This document shows, one piece after another, positions 29,215 to 37,171 of a DNA stretch of 64,000 nucleotides; position 1 is the first letter of the stretch, and each line of letters starts with the position of its first letter. The stretch is taken from IMG/VR virus record IMGVR_UViG_3300047554_000685, positions 15,363-79,362 of that record. The stretch is one strand, 5' to 3'. The position numbers were made by a program, and so were the translations under genes. Source of the stretch: a virus. The notes under the pieces are model-generated. The model searched no databases and was not told the DNA's origin. It saw nothing but the letters and a program-made list of their open reading frames with translations.

Positions 29215-29502
29215 TTAGTTCTCCTCTCCAGTTAGGTTGTGTTCCTCAATCAAGTTGTCAATGGTTAGACCAGCGTGAATCTTCACGCTCTCTAGGTGAA
29301 TGGTTAGTTCTTCGTTTCCAAACTTGCGTGCCAGCATACAAGCAAGTTCCAACGAACGATACATCAGTGGGTCAGCGTATCCTTGCTCGCAGTAGTTCTC
29401 GACAAGAACACCAAGAGCAGTCAAGGCGATACCAGCAATCTGGTGGTCGTCCAAGTCCATACCCTCGATTTGGTTTTCTAGGTTTTCGCAGTTATCGCAC
29501 AT
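29215..29502 (-). CDS. Hypothetical protein
   Basis: Start MCDNC after GAAAGGGAAA. Confidence 0.7.
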   Translation of the reverse strand: MCDNCENLENQIEGMDLDDHQIAGIALTALGVLVENYCEQGYADPLMYRSLELACMLARKFGNEELTIHLESVKIHAGLTIDNLIEEHNLTGEEN

Positions 29503-29625
29503 TGGTCGTTTCCCTTTCTCTAGCGATAATTCGATTGTAGCAGAGTATTGCGACAAAACAAACACATTCATTGGAAGTTTCGTGGCAGCTTTCGCCAGGT
29601 CCGGCGCAGCTTGTGATCGATCGAT

Positions 29626-29865
29626 CTAGTCTTCTTGGTCAAAAGCTTCTCGGCGAACTTGGTTCATCTCGAGATCGTCTTCGATACATAGGCAGGTATC
29701 ACATAGGAAATACCCCAAGTAGTTGTAGTTCCAGTGAGTAACAACGGCCGCGCAATCTACGCACCGGACTGATTCCCCGGGCGCACCGCAGACGTGGATA
29801 GTGTCATCATTTTCGATCCCGTAGAACAACTCAACGAAATCATCTTCATTCAGTTCTTCATTCAT
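29626..29865 (-). CDS. Small Cys-rich hypothetical protein
   Basis: Leaderless-type start after TACGCT; CxxC pairs. Confidence 0.6.
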   Translation of the reverse strand: MNEELNEDDFVELFYGIENDDTIHVCGAPGESVRCVDCAAVVTHWNYNYLGYFLCDTCLCIEDDLEMNQVRREAFDQED

Positions 29866-30078
29866 GATCCCTAGCGTATCCGCTAACCCTGACATTTCCC
29901 GGGCGATCGATCAGCAGCTTTTCTCGCGCACGCCAGCACGCCACCGTCAGTCCGGGCAAAACGAAATCCCTACCAGCGGGGGAACTGATAGGGATTTCTA
30001 ATCCGTTAGCGGAGAGCGATTTTGGAAAGGGGGAAACGAGTTTGCTCAATCCGCTAACGGACTTCTTAGGCACGCCGA

Positions 30079-31869
30079 TTACACGCCACCCCCGATTTTC
30101 GCGAGAGCGTCAGACGCAGACTTGCCGATTGAGAGCGCGATACTTTCGACTTCCATTCCGTCAAGGTGAACCGCGTGAGTTCCGCGCACAATCTCTTGCG
30201 CGCCGATTGAGTGGCACGCCTTTGGCGTAATGAACAGAACAGCCACGCCAGCCAGTTCGCACTCTTTGATAATCCGCTTTGCGTTTTCGGTTTCTTTCGA
30301 AACATAGTTTCCGTCCGATACAACAACCAACAAACGCACGCCGTCCGAGTAAGTCAGACCGAGCGCGCCATTGAGAGCCGAGAACCCCTTGTCAAAAACT
30401 TCGGTGCTATCTGGCGCAGACCAGACCGAAACTTCTTCCAATTTCTGCCCGACTTTGAGTGTCGCGAAAACATCTTCACCGAAATAGACCATAGCGGTTT
30501 TCGCCTGAACCCTACGACCAGCCTCGCTAAGAACCCAAGCAGTTGTCGCCATAGCGTCCATAGCCGAACCCATAGAACCACTAATGTCCACCATTACGCC
30601 AATGGTCAGCGTTGGGTCGTCAGTGTGTTTGCGCGACTTTGACTTCCAAGCAGGGAGTTCGCCACGCAATCCCATTGACTTCATAGCACTATTCTGAACA
30701 GCGTTGCGAGTGTTGAGTTTGCCAAGTGGCGCGTGAGTTTTGCGAATGTGAACTGAACGCTCACGATACTTCGCCTTGTCCAACATCTCAGCAATCTTGA
30801 CAGCACTCGCGCGCTCACCAGATTTTGGCGCACGCTTTTCGCGAAGTGAAGAACGCGACTTAGTTCCAGTAGAACCCTCTTCGCGCTTTTCGAAAACGAC
30901 CTCTGAAACTTTGCGCTCTTCGCTCTTCTTCTTACTCTGGTCAGCGCGACCCTTTGCCTCTTCTGCCCACTCTTCGCCAGTCTGTTGGTCAGTCAAGTCA
31001 ATCGAAACAGCAATCGCAGTTCCACCAGCGTCCTCTTCCAAGTCCTCTTTGGTCGCGAGAACAAAAGCAATTCCAGCACCCTCGCCACTCTCGCCCTCTG
31101 GGTCAGCCTCGCGCAAAATCTCAACCCACTCGCGAGCCAAGTCAAGACCAGCGACAGTCGCGCCATTCGCGAGCGCGTGGAAACGCACCCAGACAGAACG
31201 CAACTTGTCAAACAACTCTTGACCAAGAACATCAAGCGCACGCTCATAAATCTTTTCGACATCTGCCAGACCAAGAACGCCAGCGTCCACGCGAGCGAGA
31301 GCAAGTCCAGCCATTTGCGCCATTACGCGAACCTCGCTCACCTTTGCCAATCCCTCTTCGTCAATCTCACCAAGAGCAAGACCAAGAGCAGACGCACGCA
31401 GGAAGAGCCTATTCTTTGGGTAAATCAAAACGCCAATGCGCTCAATGCGACTTTCTTCTAGCAACCAAAAAGCGTCAAGAACATTTTGGTTTCCAGCCTT
31501 ATGCTCAACTTCGAAGAGCGAGTAATCCCACTTGTCAGAAGAGCGAGCGTGAAGAGCCTCGTGATAAATCACGCCAGTTGGTTCTGCCCAATCGTATTGA
31601 GTTTCGCGAAGTGTGAAGTCGCCAACCATTTCTGGCGTGGTCGCGTTTCCAAACGCACCAGCCAAGTTGATTTCGATTTCAGCAGTAGAGCCAATAAAGC
31701 AAGCAATCGCTTGACCCATACCAGCGTCCTCACCAGCATAGACAGCCAAGTCATTACGACCAGCCCAATCATTCGCGACCTTGCCAATCTGGGCGCAGGT
31801 TGCCAACCATTCCGAGGGAGTGAAACTAGCGCGAGTTGCGAGGCGCGAGTTAGGTGTGAAGTGTGTCAT
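30079..31869 (-). CDS. HExxH + VWA domain protein (CobT-like partner of MoxR AAA+)
   Basis: YHEALH...LEESRIE; MIDAS VDISGSM; VVSDG. Confidence 0.85.
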   Translation of the reverse strand: MTHFTPNSRLATRASFTPSEWLATCAQIGKVANDWAGRNDLAVYAGEDAGMGQAIACFIGSTAEIEINLAGAFGNATTPEMVGDFTLRETQYDWAEPTGVIYHEALHARSSDKWDYSLFEVEHKAGNQNVLDAFWLLEESRIERIGVLIYPKNRLFLRASALGLALGEIDEEGLAKVSEVRVMAQMAGLALARVDAGVLGLADVEKIYERALDVLGQELFDKLRSVWVRFHALANGATVAGLDLAREWVEILREADPEGESGEGAGIAFVLATKEDLEEDAGGTAIAVSIDLTDQQTGEEWAEEAKGRADQSKKKSEERKVSEVVFEKREEGSTGTKSRSSLREKRAPKSGERASAVKIAEMLDKAKYRERSVHIRKTHAPLGKLNTRNAVQNSAMKSMGLRGELPAWKSKSRKHTDDPTLTIGVMVDISGSMGSAMDAMATTAWVLSEAGRRVQAKTAMVYFGEDVFATLKVGQKLEEVSVWSAPDSTEVFDKGFSALNGALGLTYSDGVRLLVVVSDGNYVSKETENAKRIIKECELAGVAVLFITPKACHSIGAQEIVRGTHAVHLDGMEVESIALSIGKSASDALAKIGGGV

Positions 31870-32112
31870 TTCCAGTCCTTTCCAAAACTGATTACCTATC
31901 TAGGATAGCACTTTTCGATTGTCGCGCAACCCCCATTCGCAGAAAAAATCCAGTGATCCTGGCGCAGCTATTTCCGGCCATAAGTTCCCGGGAGCTTTTC
32001 CCGGGCAGTGATCGATCAGTGGCAAAGCTGCAGACGATCGAAACGCACTATCCCCGAAAAAGCAAAAGTGCCAGATTTCTCTGGCACTTCGCTTTTCAGT
32101 TTCGGACGGAAA

Positions 32113-33129
32113 CTAAATCTTCGCAGGACGACATTCTTCACCAAAGACGCGAGTGAAAACATCTGCCACAACTGGGCGGTCAAGTTCTGGCGCACTCGCG
32201 AGCAAGTTTGAGATTGCGAACTTAGTTCCAAACACTTCGCTGATTGACTTGTATGCCAACAGTTCGCGCATTTGTGGCGACCAAGAAGTTTCGCCATTCG
32301 CTTGCTTTTTCGCGAGGTTCTGGGCAACTGAAACAGCAGACGCAGGAACGCCCAACTTCTTTGCCAATGCCCAGTCAGTAGTCATTTCTGCCTGAATGGA
32401 AAAGCGTGAGAGCAACGCCTCGCTTAGGCGAACTCCGGGCGCATTGGGGTTTGTCGCGCCAATCACATAAAAGCCGTCCTTTGCTTTTACAGTTCCGCGC
32501 TCTGGGTTCGCAGTGATTACGATTTCTTTGCGTCCGTCCATAAGACCATAGACAGCCGAAAGAACCTTTGGGTCAATCAGACCAATCTCGTCAATCAAAA
32601 GAACTTTGCCCTCTTCGGCAGACTTGACCAAAACGCCGTCCACCCATTCGAAAGCACCACTTGGAGTTTGGACATAGCCACCAATGAAGTCCGAAAGTTC
32701 GGTGTCGCCTGAACCCAAGATTGTGTAAAGTTCATCTGGGAACGCGCCCTCAACGAGAGCAGTTTTGCCAGTTCCGGGCGCACCATACAAAAGGACATAC
32801 TGATTGTTTGAGCGTGCTTTGCGAAGAACCTCGACATCTGAATGGTCGCCCCAAGAGCGAGAGAAATAAAAGTCGCCATTCGGACGCTGATACTTCTCAG
32901 CACCCTCAATAGTTTCTACGCTCACAGTTGCCTTTGCCTTTGGTTTTGGAGTTCCAGTTCCAATCTTAGCGCGAAGATTTGCGCGTCCACTTTTCGGCAT
33001 TAGCGAAGATAGACCAGCAGGAACTTTGGTTTCATCTTCACCCTGAACAGCAACGCCGAAAATTAGCGAGGTGAGTTCTGGGTAAATTGCGTCCACGACT
33101 TCTTCGTGGGTTTTGGTTTCGATAGTCAT
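32113..33129 (-). CDS. MoxR/CobS/NirQ-type AAA+ ATPase
   Basis: GAPGTGKT, LLIDEI, GATNP, LSEALLSRF. Confidence 0.9.
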   Translation of the reverse strand: MTIETKTHEEVVDAIYPELTSLIFGVAVQGEDETKVPAGLSSLMPKSGRANLRAKIGTGTPKPKAKATVSVETIEGAEKYQRPNGDFYFSRSWGDHSDVEVLRKARSNNQYVLLYGAPGTGKTALVEGAFPDELYTILGSGDTELSDFIGGYVQTPSGAFEWVDGVLVKSAEEGKVLLIDEIGLIDPKVLSAVYGLMDGRKEIVITANPERGTVKAKDGFYVIGATNPNAPGVRLSEALLSRFSIQAEMTTDWALAKKLGVPASAVSVAQNLAKKQANGETSWSPQMRELLAYKSISEVFGTKFAISNLLASAPELDRPVVADVFTRVFGEECRPAKI

Positions 33130-33156
33130 TTTAGTTTTCCGTCCTTTTCGATTTCC

Positions 33157-33663
33157 CTAGTAAAGGTTTTCTGGGTAGCCAACTTCGGCGCGCGCTTTGG
33201 TAATTCGGCGCAACGCAGACGCAGGTGCTTTCCAAGCACTAATGTCAGTGAAATCAACATCAGTTAGTTCGAACACGATTGGTCGTGGTCGTGGTGTAAA
33301 TCCCTCTGGGAACATACGCGCAGTGATTTCGCTCGCACGCGAACCAAGTTCGACAGCCTTGTCAATAGGCGACATAGCGTCAAACTCTTTCGGAGTGCGA
33401 ACAAAGTTAGTGCGCCATTGAGCGCGAGGTGTGAAACTACTAATGGTGCGATAGATAACAGCCATACTTACGACTTCGCCCTTTTCGTTTTTACCACTTG
33501 GGGTAATCAGAACTTGGGTGGTTCGTGCGTATGAGTTAGTTGCGTGCGCCTCTAAATAAATGCCCATTCCCATTAGGCGAGGCTTGTTGCTTACCTCTTC
33601 GTGCGAAGTGGCAAGTGCGTCAGCAATTTCGGAAGATACTTCCCCGAATGTTGTTGGGTTCAC
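33157..33663 (-). CDS. Hypothetical protein
   Basis: GTG start after GAAAGG; first gene of the AAA cassette. Confidence 0.7.
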   Translation of the reverse strand: MNPTTFGEVSSEIADALATSHEEVSNKPRLMGMGIYLEAHATNSYARTTQVLITPSGKNEKGEVVSMAVIYRTISSFTPRAQWRTNFVRTPKEFDAMSPIDKAVELGSRASEITARMFPEGFTPRPRPIVFELTDVDFTDISAWKAPASALRRITKARAEVGYPENLY

Positions 33664-33791
33664 TTTCGTGCCTTTCCAATTAGTTGAGTGTCGTTTTCCC
33701 GACAAGAGCAACTTTACACGAAGTCGCGACAAAAGCGCAACTCTTCCAACAAAGATTTTTTATTTATTTTTCCCGGGCGATCGATCAGCAG

Positions 33792-34082
33792 CTAGTCGTC
33801 GTCGAGATCGTCGAAAGTTAGGGGATCAAGATCTTCGTCTAAGAAGGGGTTAGCAGGGGTCGAGCTAATCGCATCTTGGGCACAGTCCAAGCAAACTATC
33901 CACTGAGTACTTTCATCGAGTCCTATTAGATATGCATAGAAGGTGCCATTAGATTGGCCCACGTCTTCAGTGCAGCTGATGCATGCAATGTCAGCTAAAT
34001 CCTCGGGGGTAACTAGTCCAGCCACTATGGCCATACCAGCATCGACTTCGTCTTCTATTAAGTGGAGTTCAATTGCTCTCAT
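33792..34082 (-). CDS. Hypothetical Cys-containing acidic protein
   Basis: Short leader after TACGAT. Confidence 0.6.
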   Translation of the reverse strand: MRAIELHLIEDEVDAGMAIVAGLVTPEDLADIACISCTEDVGQSNGTFYAYLIGLDESTQWIVCLDCAQDAISSTPANPFLDEDLDPLTFDDLDDD

Positions 34083-34217
34083 GAAATCTAATCGTACTGC
34101 AGTTAATAAATAGTGATTCGTGAGAAGTTCGTTGATGCCAAGCCGGCGATCGATCCGCTTAAAAGAAAACTTCCCACGAACGAATTCGTAGAAAGTTTCA
34201 GTGGATCCGTTAGCTAG

Positions 34218-34451
34218 TTACTTCCAACGCTCCACAAACACGTGACCAGCACCGTTACCTTCTGGGTCCATCGACGGGATGAGTGCTTGCCCGTTATCAA
34301 GAAGAATGACGAATCCGACATCGTACGAGTCTTCCCATCCCATGTCCGCGAGTTCGCTTGCCGTCAACGGACGCACGCCGACAATCTTGGCACCAACGAT
34401 GGAACCGTATTCCGTCGCGATGTACTTCTTTGCATCAAATTTAGTTTCCAT
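34218..34451 (-). CDS. Conserved phage protein (PSMDPEGNGAG motif)
   Basis: Family motif; coupled to upstream gene. Confidence 0.75.
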   Translation of the reverse strand: METKFDAKKYIATEYGSIVGAKIVGVRPLTASELADMGWEDSYDVGFVILLDNGQALIPSMDPEGNGAGHVFVERWK

Positions 34452-34651
34452 TAGCTAATCACTTCCGTCATGGTTTCTGATTCTTCGACGTCATTGTCAA
34501 GGTCCGTGAAGTCAAACGGCTCGCCGTCATAATCACTCTCGTCTACATGCCCTTGGGACACGAAGTATTTGGCTAGCGCTTCATCGGCGCTAGTGGCGTA
34601 GACCGTAAAGGACTCGCCTGATAACACAGTGAATGGTTGTTTAGTAGTCAT
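34451..34651 (-). CDS. Hypothetical acidic protein
   Basis: Leaderless behind TTGACA-N17-TACGTT. Confidence 0.65.
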   Translation of the reverse strand: MTTKQPFTVLSGESFTVYATSADEALAKYFVSQGHVDESDYDGEPFDFTDLDNDVEESETMTEVIS

Positions 34652-34686
34652 ATCTATAACGTAGCATGCGCTTGCCGTTTTGTCAA

Positions 34687-34986
34687 CTACCGAGATGACC
34701 CGTTATCATTAAGCTTCTTACGAGGAGGCAAGATCTTCGTTAGAAGTTGGACCGGCGTGAGCTTCTCATCTCCAGGGATTGACCCGTATTTGTGAAGCAG
34801 CTTTAGAAGCAGGCCCGCAACAAACAAGTCATCACTGAATGCCATCCATGGGAAGATGAGATCAAAAGGATCCACCGGCATCACAAGATATGCAATACAT
34901 AAAGTCGCAATGACTTTAACCCACCAAGGTGTCCGTTTGAACTGCGCGACGTACTGACGCAGGCCGTCTTTAATTCTTTGTCGCAA
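34687..34986 (-). CDS. DUF1232/YkvA-like membrane protein
   Basis: TPWWVK....IAYLVMPVD...DDL. Confidence 0.75.
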   Translation of the reverse strand: MRQRIKDGLRQYVAQFKRTPWWVKVIATLCIAYLVMPVDPFDLIFPWMAFSDDLFVAGLLLKLLHKYGSIPGDEKLTPVQLLTKILPPRKKLNDNGSSR

Positions 34987-35152
34987 GTAGAGAGCTCTTC
35001 TCTTTGAAGGTCCAAGCCGCTAAACGCTCTCCGTTTAAAGTTACTGCTGCAAGCTGCTTCTCGGCATCCGTGAGATCCTCCGCGAAGACAATAACTCGTT
35101 CGAAGTTAGAGCTCGCCGCTGAAGGTTTTACCTGGTATTCAAATCCGTACAT
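34970..35152 (-). CDS. Hypothetical protein
   Basis: In operon. Confidence 0.5.
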   Translation of the reverse strand: MYGFEYQVKPSAASSNFERVIVFAEDLTDAEKQLAAVTLNGERLAAWTFKEKSSLLATKN

Positions 35153-35174
35153 GATTCTTTCTTTCGTTAATAGT

Positions 35175-35447
35175 TTAGCTCATCCGTCTTGAGGCAAGCC
35201 GCGTTGAAAAAGTTGGGAAGTAGTTCAGAGGGACATCCGCGAAGTCCGCGGGCACCAACTTCCTACCAAGCCGTTCCTCGACACATCCGATGCAGAGCAT
35301 TCCACGCCGTTTCTTGTAGATCGAGTCCCAGACCGTGTCCGTGAGCATGTAGTACTCATCGATGTGAAGTGTATTCTCACCGCAGTCCCTGCAGACAAAC
35401 GGCTCACAGTCTACCTCACAGAAAGGCTCGCCGCAACTACCAATCAT
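35175..35447 (-). CDS. Conserved Zn-binding phage protein
   Basis: CRDCG...EYYML.D.VW...LCIGCVEERLGR.L...DF. Confidence 0.75.
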   Translation of the reverse strand: MIGSCGEPFCEVDCEPFVCRDCGENTLHIDEYYMLTDTVWDSIYKKRRGMLCIGCVEERLGRKLVPADFADVPLNYFPTFSTRLASRRMS

Positions 35448-35661
35448 TATTGGCGTCCGCGCCGAGTTCAGCGAGGATGTCCTTGATTTCGTTCTCGACC
35501 GATTCGGGCACGCCCGCTCCGTAGACAACCAAGGAGTCCAGCTCTGGACCTTCGTCATCGGACAGGTACCCAACAGGTACCGTACGCCCATCATTCAAAG
35601 TGACAACCGCCTGGTTAACCCAGCGCATAGCTTCCGAAGAAGTAACTTTTAATTTTCCCAT
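35437..35661 (-). CDS. Hypothetical protein
   Basis: Leaderless behind TTGACA-N17-TACAGT. Confidence 0.6.
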   Translation of the reverse strand: MGKLKVTSSEAMRWVNQAVVTLNDGRTVPVGYLSDDEGPELDSLVVYGAGVPESVENEIKDILAELGADANNDW

Positions 35662-35701
35662 GCAGTAACTGTAACACGGCGCTCGCCGAATGTCAAGTTA
35701 A

Positions 35702-35803
35702 CTACTCAGGGTTTTCTCCACAGCCCCAGCAATGCCTGCAGATCTCTGCGTCTTCCTTGTTCCAACCAGTTCCATTGCACTGGCCACATGTCAAGCTGGC
35801 CAT
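35702..35803 (-). CDS. Tiny DnaJ-type zinc-finger peptide
   Basis: CGQCNGTG...CRHCWGCG; TAATG coupling. Confidence 0.5.
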   Translation of the reverse strand: MASLTCGQCNGTGWNKEDAEICRHCWGCGENPE

Positions 35804-36501
35804 TAGTACTTCTTCGTCGTTTGGTACTTCAGATGCATTGGGCTTGGTTGGTGGACAAAGCCCTCGGGCAGCTCGTGCTGCTTGATGAAACAAGGAAGAA
35901 CATAGCGCAAAGGACCGGGCCCTGGAGGGTTGACGCCATGGGGGTGAGTCTCTCCAGATGAGAACATCAACATCGAACCAGGCTTTGGTTTTAGCTCGAG
36001 GCCTTGCTCAGGGAAGATGACCTCGCCATACGTGTAGTCGTCGTTCAAGTAAACAACAGCTGCATATGCCACATGTGGGTCTACGTGGTTATCAACGTGG
36101 ACCTTGAGGTCAGAGCCCTCGTATTGGCGCTGGATGGTGCCAGCTCCTGTGAAGTACAAATTTGGGTCATACGCGATGATGTTGTTGATTCCCTGGTTGA
36201 CGCGACCAATAACTTCCGAATTAGGAAACATGATGTTCTTATCAGCCCAGTCGAAAGTGATCTCCATCTTGCCCTCCTTCTGAAGAGTTTCGATGTCGCG
36301 AGTTCCGAATTCCGCCTCTGCCTTATCGCGGAGGTGGTCCATGTAGTGGCCGAGCCAGTCTTCCTCCGTCAAAGTTTCAACGAACGCAAAGATTAATTCG
36401 ATGTCCGCTGAGCTGAGGAAGTTCTTAACCTCCCACACTTCAGAGGCTAGCTCCTCAACTTCGTACCCGGCTTGTTTAAAAGCTTCGACGTTAATTGGCA
36501 T
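35803..36501 (-). CDS. 2OG-Fe(II) oxygenase (prolyl-4-hydroxylase-like)
   Basis: HVD...YLNDDY.GE..FP...HGV...RY. Confidence 0.88.
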   Translation of the reverse strand: MPINVEAFKQAGYEVEELASEVWEVKNFLSSADIELIFAFVETLTEEDWLGHYMDHLRDKAEAEFGTRDIETLQKEGKMEITFDWADKNIMFPNSEVIGRVNQGINNIIAYDPNLYFTGAGTIQRQYEGSDLKVHVDNHVDPHVAYAAVVYLNDDYTYGEVIFPEQGLELKPKPGSMLMFSSGETHPHGVNPPGPGPLRYVLPCFIKQHELPEGFVHQPSPMHLKYQTTKKY

Positions 36502-37153
36502 CCGTGTTCTCCTCGGTTGTTCGTTTGTTGATGAATGCGGGAAGTGCATATCGGGTGGGTCCAGCTTCTACTGGAAGCACGCCGTGCAAATAGTCATCCG
36601 CTGATGGAAAGATTATAAGATCCTTCGCAGCCGGCTTTATCTTCACATCAATTCGTGGGAAGTGTAGCTCGCCGCCTTCGAAGTCCCCGTTCACGTACAT
36701 GACAGCTGCATAAACAACTAACGGATTTGACTCACTGTCGATGTGATAGTTCAGTTGCACGCCTTCGTACTGTCTTTGGATGGAACCCGCGCCGCAAAGC
36801 TCGAGCTCCGGGAACTGAACAAAGATCGAAGCAAGCCGTTCGTTGATTGTTCCCATCAGATCCGGATCCTGGATAATCGCATTCTTGTCAACCCACTCGC
36901 CGTCGATGTTAATCCGGTGACCTAGGGCCTGAGCCTCTTCAAAAGTTTTAACCCCGTACTGATCCTCGATGAATCGGTACAAGCTTTCAGTGTAAGAGAC
37001 TCGCCAGTCTTCTTCGTTCATTGTTGAGAACTGTAGCTTCAGCTTGCTGACTTCATCCTCTGTGAGGAAGTTACGTACAACAAAGATCCCTGGGTAAATC
37101 TCTTCTGCATGCAGGCCTGCAGTTTCAAAATGATTAAGCGCTAGATCGGTCAT
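36491..37153 (-). CDS. 2OG-Fe(II) oxygenase, tandem paralog
   Basis: HID...YVNGDFEGGEL.FP...HGV...RY; shares GAG.IQRQYEG with neighbour. Confidence 0.88.
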   Translation of the reverse strand: MTDLALNHFETAGLHAEEIYPGIFVVRNFLTEDEVSKLKLQFSTMNEEDWRVSYTESLYRFIEDQYGVKTFEEAQALGHRINIDGEWVDKNAIIQDPDLMGTINERLASIFVQFPELELCGAGSIQRQYEGVQLNYHIDSESNPLVVYAAVMYVNGDFEGGELHFPRIDVKIKPAAKDLIIFPSADDYLHGVLPVEAGPTRYALPAFINKRTTEENTDAN

Positions 37154-37171
37154 GAGTGAATTATATCTCAT

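Larger units (their letters stand above)
17541..33790 (-). other. Array of about 20 self-contained early-gene cassettes (promoter, GAAAGGGAAA RBS, ORF(s), terminator, palindrome-rich spacer)
   Basis: Repeated TTGACA/TTGCG-N16-17-TAnnnT promoters (e.g. -35 at 17898-17893 and 23949-23944), RBS at about 17835, 18230, 18738, 19443, 19983, 20600, 23532, 25255; hairpin+TTTTCTTT terminators at about 17541, 17935, 18377, 19221, 23794, 24161, 24679, 25381, 25811, 27369, 28305, 29961, 32057. Confidence 0.85.

Noticed and set aside
30211-31908. Several long plus-strand ORFs opposite the VWA gene
   Set aside because: No RBS/promoter or recognisable motifs; antisense shadows.
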